The position numbers and the translations under genes are program-made. The notes below the pieces were generated by a model. That model ran no database searches. It was given only the letters and a program-made list of their open reading frames with translations, and was not told where the DNA came from. 64,000 nt of DNA from an uncultured Acidimicrobiaceae bacterium (GTDB lineage: Bacteria; Actinomycetota; Acidimicrobiia; Acidimicrobiales; Palsa-688), in NCBI GenBank assembly GCA_963834775.1, contig CAWICR010000009.1, forward strand, positions 116,255 to 180,254, in the 5' to 3' direction. Below are positions 61,860 to 64,000 of this stretch, piece by piece. Position 1 is the first letter of the stretch. Each line of letters starts with the position of its first letter.

Positions 61860-62813
61860 ATGGAAGTTGCTTCGCAGAGGTCAGTAACGTTCCGATCGAT
61901 GGCGAAGCCGGAGCCGGAGGACCATCTGACCTGGAAGTCGGTGCTGGTCGATGGGCGCCGGGTCAACTATGGCGTGGCCGGTTCGGGCCTCCCCGTGTTG
62001 TTTGTGCACGGCTGGGCTCTCGGTCAGCACGCCTACCAGCGAGCCCTCGAGCGCCTGGTGCGGCTGGGCTGCCAGGTGTACGCGCCCGCCCTGCCCGGGT
62101 TCGGTGGCTCGAGGCCCCTACCAACGGACGAGGGCAACTTCGGCGCTTACGCCGCCTGGGTCGACGCCTTTCTGGCCGAGGTGGGCGTCGACGAGCCGGT
62201 GTTCGCGGTTGGGCACAGCTTTGGGGGTGGGGTCGCCACCAAGCTCGCTCATGACTTTCCTGACCGCGTCGGGTACCTGGTCTTGATCAACTCCATCGGC
62301 GGAACGACGTGGCTGCAAGCCGGCAACCAGGTCCGATCCATGGCGGAGCGGCCCTTGTGGCACTGGGCCGTCCATTTCCCCTATGACCTGCTCAAGGTCG
62401 CCGGTCTGCCCACCACGGTGCGCGCCGTCGTGGCAGACGCCGTTCCCAACATCGTCCGCAACCCGTCGGGGGTGTGGCGCGCCGGGAGCCTGGCCCGGCG
62501 AGCGGACCTGACCGTCGACCTGGCCGAGATCAAAGCCCGGCAGTTGCCCGTGCTGGTCCTGTGGGGCGAAGGCGACGGGATCATCCCGCGGGCCAGCTTC
62601 GAGGCGTTGTGCGCGGCGGTGGGTTCGACCGGGAAGGTCGTACCGGGGCGACACACCTGGTTACTTGCGGATCCCGACAGCTTCGGCGAGGTGATGGCGA
62701 ACTCCGTCACGGTGGCGCAGGCGGCCTGGGTGACGGCGAGAGAGCCGCCCTCCGCATTGCGCTACGTGACGGCCGGGCGCCGGGCGGACGCCACCCGTGC
62801 GGCCCGGACCTGA
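61860..62813 (+). CDS. alpha/beta hydrolase
   Basis: VLFVHGWALG, nucleophile elbow GHSFGGG, WGEGDGIIP, GRHTWLL; ATG 61860 (61899 possible). Confidence 0.75.
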   Translation: MEVASQRSVTFRSMAKPEPEDHLTWKSVLVDGRRVNYGVAGSGLPVLFVHGWALGQHAYQRALERLVRLGCQVYAPALPGFGGSRPLPTDEGNFGAYAAWVDAFLAEVGVDEPVFAVGHSFGGGVATKLAHDFPDRVGYLVLINSIGGTTWLQAGNQVRSMAERPLWHWAVHFPYDLLKVAGLPTTVRAVVADAVPNIVRNPSGVWRAGSLARRADLTVDLAEIKARQLPVLVLWGEGDGIIPRASFEALCAAVGSTGKVVPGRHTWLLADPDSFGEVMANSVTVAQAAWVTAREPPSALRYVTAGRRADATRAART

Positions 62814-62828
62814 CGGTCGGCTCCGGCT

Positions 62829-63212
62829 GTGACCTGGCGGCTGGCTTGCTCTCGCCGGCAGGTACCCGGGGATCGGGGGTGGCCGGTACGGGTCGGGGCC
62901 ACCTCGATCGCCGTGTTCGACGTGGACGGCCAGCTGGTGGCGGTCGAGAACCGTTGCCGCCACCTCGCCAATCCCATCGACGACGGGCTGGTCGAGCACG
63001 GTTGTGTCACCTGTCCCTGGCACGGATGGCGCTACGACTTGCGGACCGGCGCCCATCTGACGTTCTTCGGGCGTCGTCCCGGTTTGCGCACGTTTCCGGT
63101 GCGTACGGAGGGCGACGACGTGCTCGTCGACATCGATAGACAGGGAAAGAGTCCCGCCGCCGCGCCGGGTGCCCCCATCGGCCGGGATGCGCTGCGCGAT
63201 GCTGAGCCGGAC
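62829..63212 (+). CDS. Rieske [2Fe-2S] domain protein (no stop before the PBP reading frame)
   Basis: CRH-x16-CPWH cluster ligands; NirD-like small Rieske fold; the frame continues uninterrupted into the next feature. Confidence 0.6.
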
Positions 63213-64000
63213 ATGCGGTTGCTCTGGAAGATCGTCAAGACGATCTTCAGTTCGCTGTTTTTGGCCATCGTCGCCCTCATCGGCGCACCGGCGGCCTTCG
63301 CCGTTACCGCCCTCGCCGCGCTGATCTTCCTGCCCTTGCCGGCGACCATACCGATCCCCAAGCCGAATCCCTCGATCCTGCCGACCGTCCTTTACGACCG
63401 CTACGGCCACCAGATCGCGGTGCTGCAGCAGTACGACCGCAATGTGCCCGTCACCGAGGCCGAGATCCCCCAGGTGCTCAAGGAGGCGGTCGTCGCGGAC
63501 GAGGACCGCAACTTCTACCACCACGGCGGTGTCGACTTCCGAGGCACGCTGCGCGCCCTGTGGTCCGACATCCGCCGCAGCGGGCCCGCTGCAGGGTGGG
63601 CTCCACCATCACCCAGCAGTACGTCAAGCTGGCCTTCACCAATCAACAACGGACCTTGGTTCGCAAGGTCCGGGAGGCCATCCTGGCCAGCCAGCTCGAC
63701 CGGCAGGCCAGCAAGGACGAGATCCTCTACCGCTACCTGACCCTCGTCTATTTCGGCGACGGCAACTACGGCGTCGGCGCGGCCGCCGAGAACTACTTCC
63801 ACGTCCCGGTCTCCGCCCTCAACGCCTCCCAGGCGGCCACCTTGGCCGGACTGATCCCCGCCCCGAGCGCCCGGGCGCCCCGAGAGCACCTCGCCGCCGC
63901 CGAGAGCGCCAGCAAGCTGGTGCTCGGCGAGATGCACCAGCAGGGCTACCTGACCGCCGCCCAGTACAACGCCGCCCTGGCCCAGCCGCTCGCCCTCGCC
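63213..64000 (+). pseudogene. class A penicillin-binding protein (GT51 transglycosylase domain), partial at window edge, one frame break as sequenced
   Basis: ATG 63213, TM IFSSLFLAIVALIGAPAAF, EDRNFYHHGGVDF. After ~63595 the GT51 motifs GSTITQQYVK and RKVREAILASQLD continue in another frame to the window end. Confidence 0.75.

Overview
This is a high-GC actinobacterial chromosomal segment. It carries a WhiB regulator, F420/mycothiol-type enzymes, lysC-asd and otsA, and the gene order at the right end mirrors M. tuberculosis Rv3679-Rv3682. I can support about 70 protein-coding loci and one tRNA-Pro(CGG). There is no rRNA, no CRISPR array and no intact mobile element.

Layout:
- Left third: housekeeping genes. 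These are a MeaA-like B12 mutase, two cyclophilins, lysC-asd, SDR/crotonase genes, a crcB-DUF190-crcB operon, a long-form dCTP deaminase and otsA.
- Middle: a decayed kdp locus (kdpE, an extra small peptide, kdpF, a kdpA'-'kdpB deletion junction, kdpC, no kdpD). Also here are an Fe(III)-type ABC importer with an SCO1 protein, two DHA2 MFS exporters, an ArsR / ArsI-CadI / aquaporin / flavoprotein cluster, a large LuxR (LAL) regulator and an OmpR/HK pair.
- 45-57 kb: a decayed accessory stretch (gene fragments, three methyltransferases, a VOC protein) ending at tRNA-Pro.
- Right end: receiver, STAS, two ArsA/Get3-like ATPases, WhiB, a hydrolase, a Rieske protein and a class A PBP.

Main second-look items:
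1. At least 16 single-base frame breaks in otherwise conserved genes, including asd and the PBP. These are most simply sequencing or assembly indels.
2. A 47-bp perfect AT-rich palindrome upstream of tRNA-Pro, with a degenerate second copy 45 kb away.
3. Unrelated short tandem-repeat arrays confined to intergenic DNA (10, 12, 17, 17 and 33 bp units).
4. A hexanucleotide-repeat tract of about 225 bp forming the N-terminus of one ArsA-like ATPase.
5. The kdp deletion.
6. An arsenic-type cluster lacking arsB/acr3/arsC.

I found no convincing complete novel multi-gene system. Findings are scored by what the sequence itself shows.
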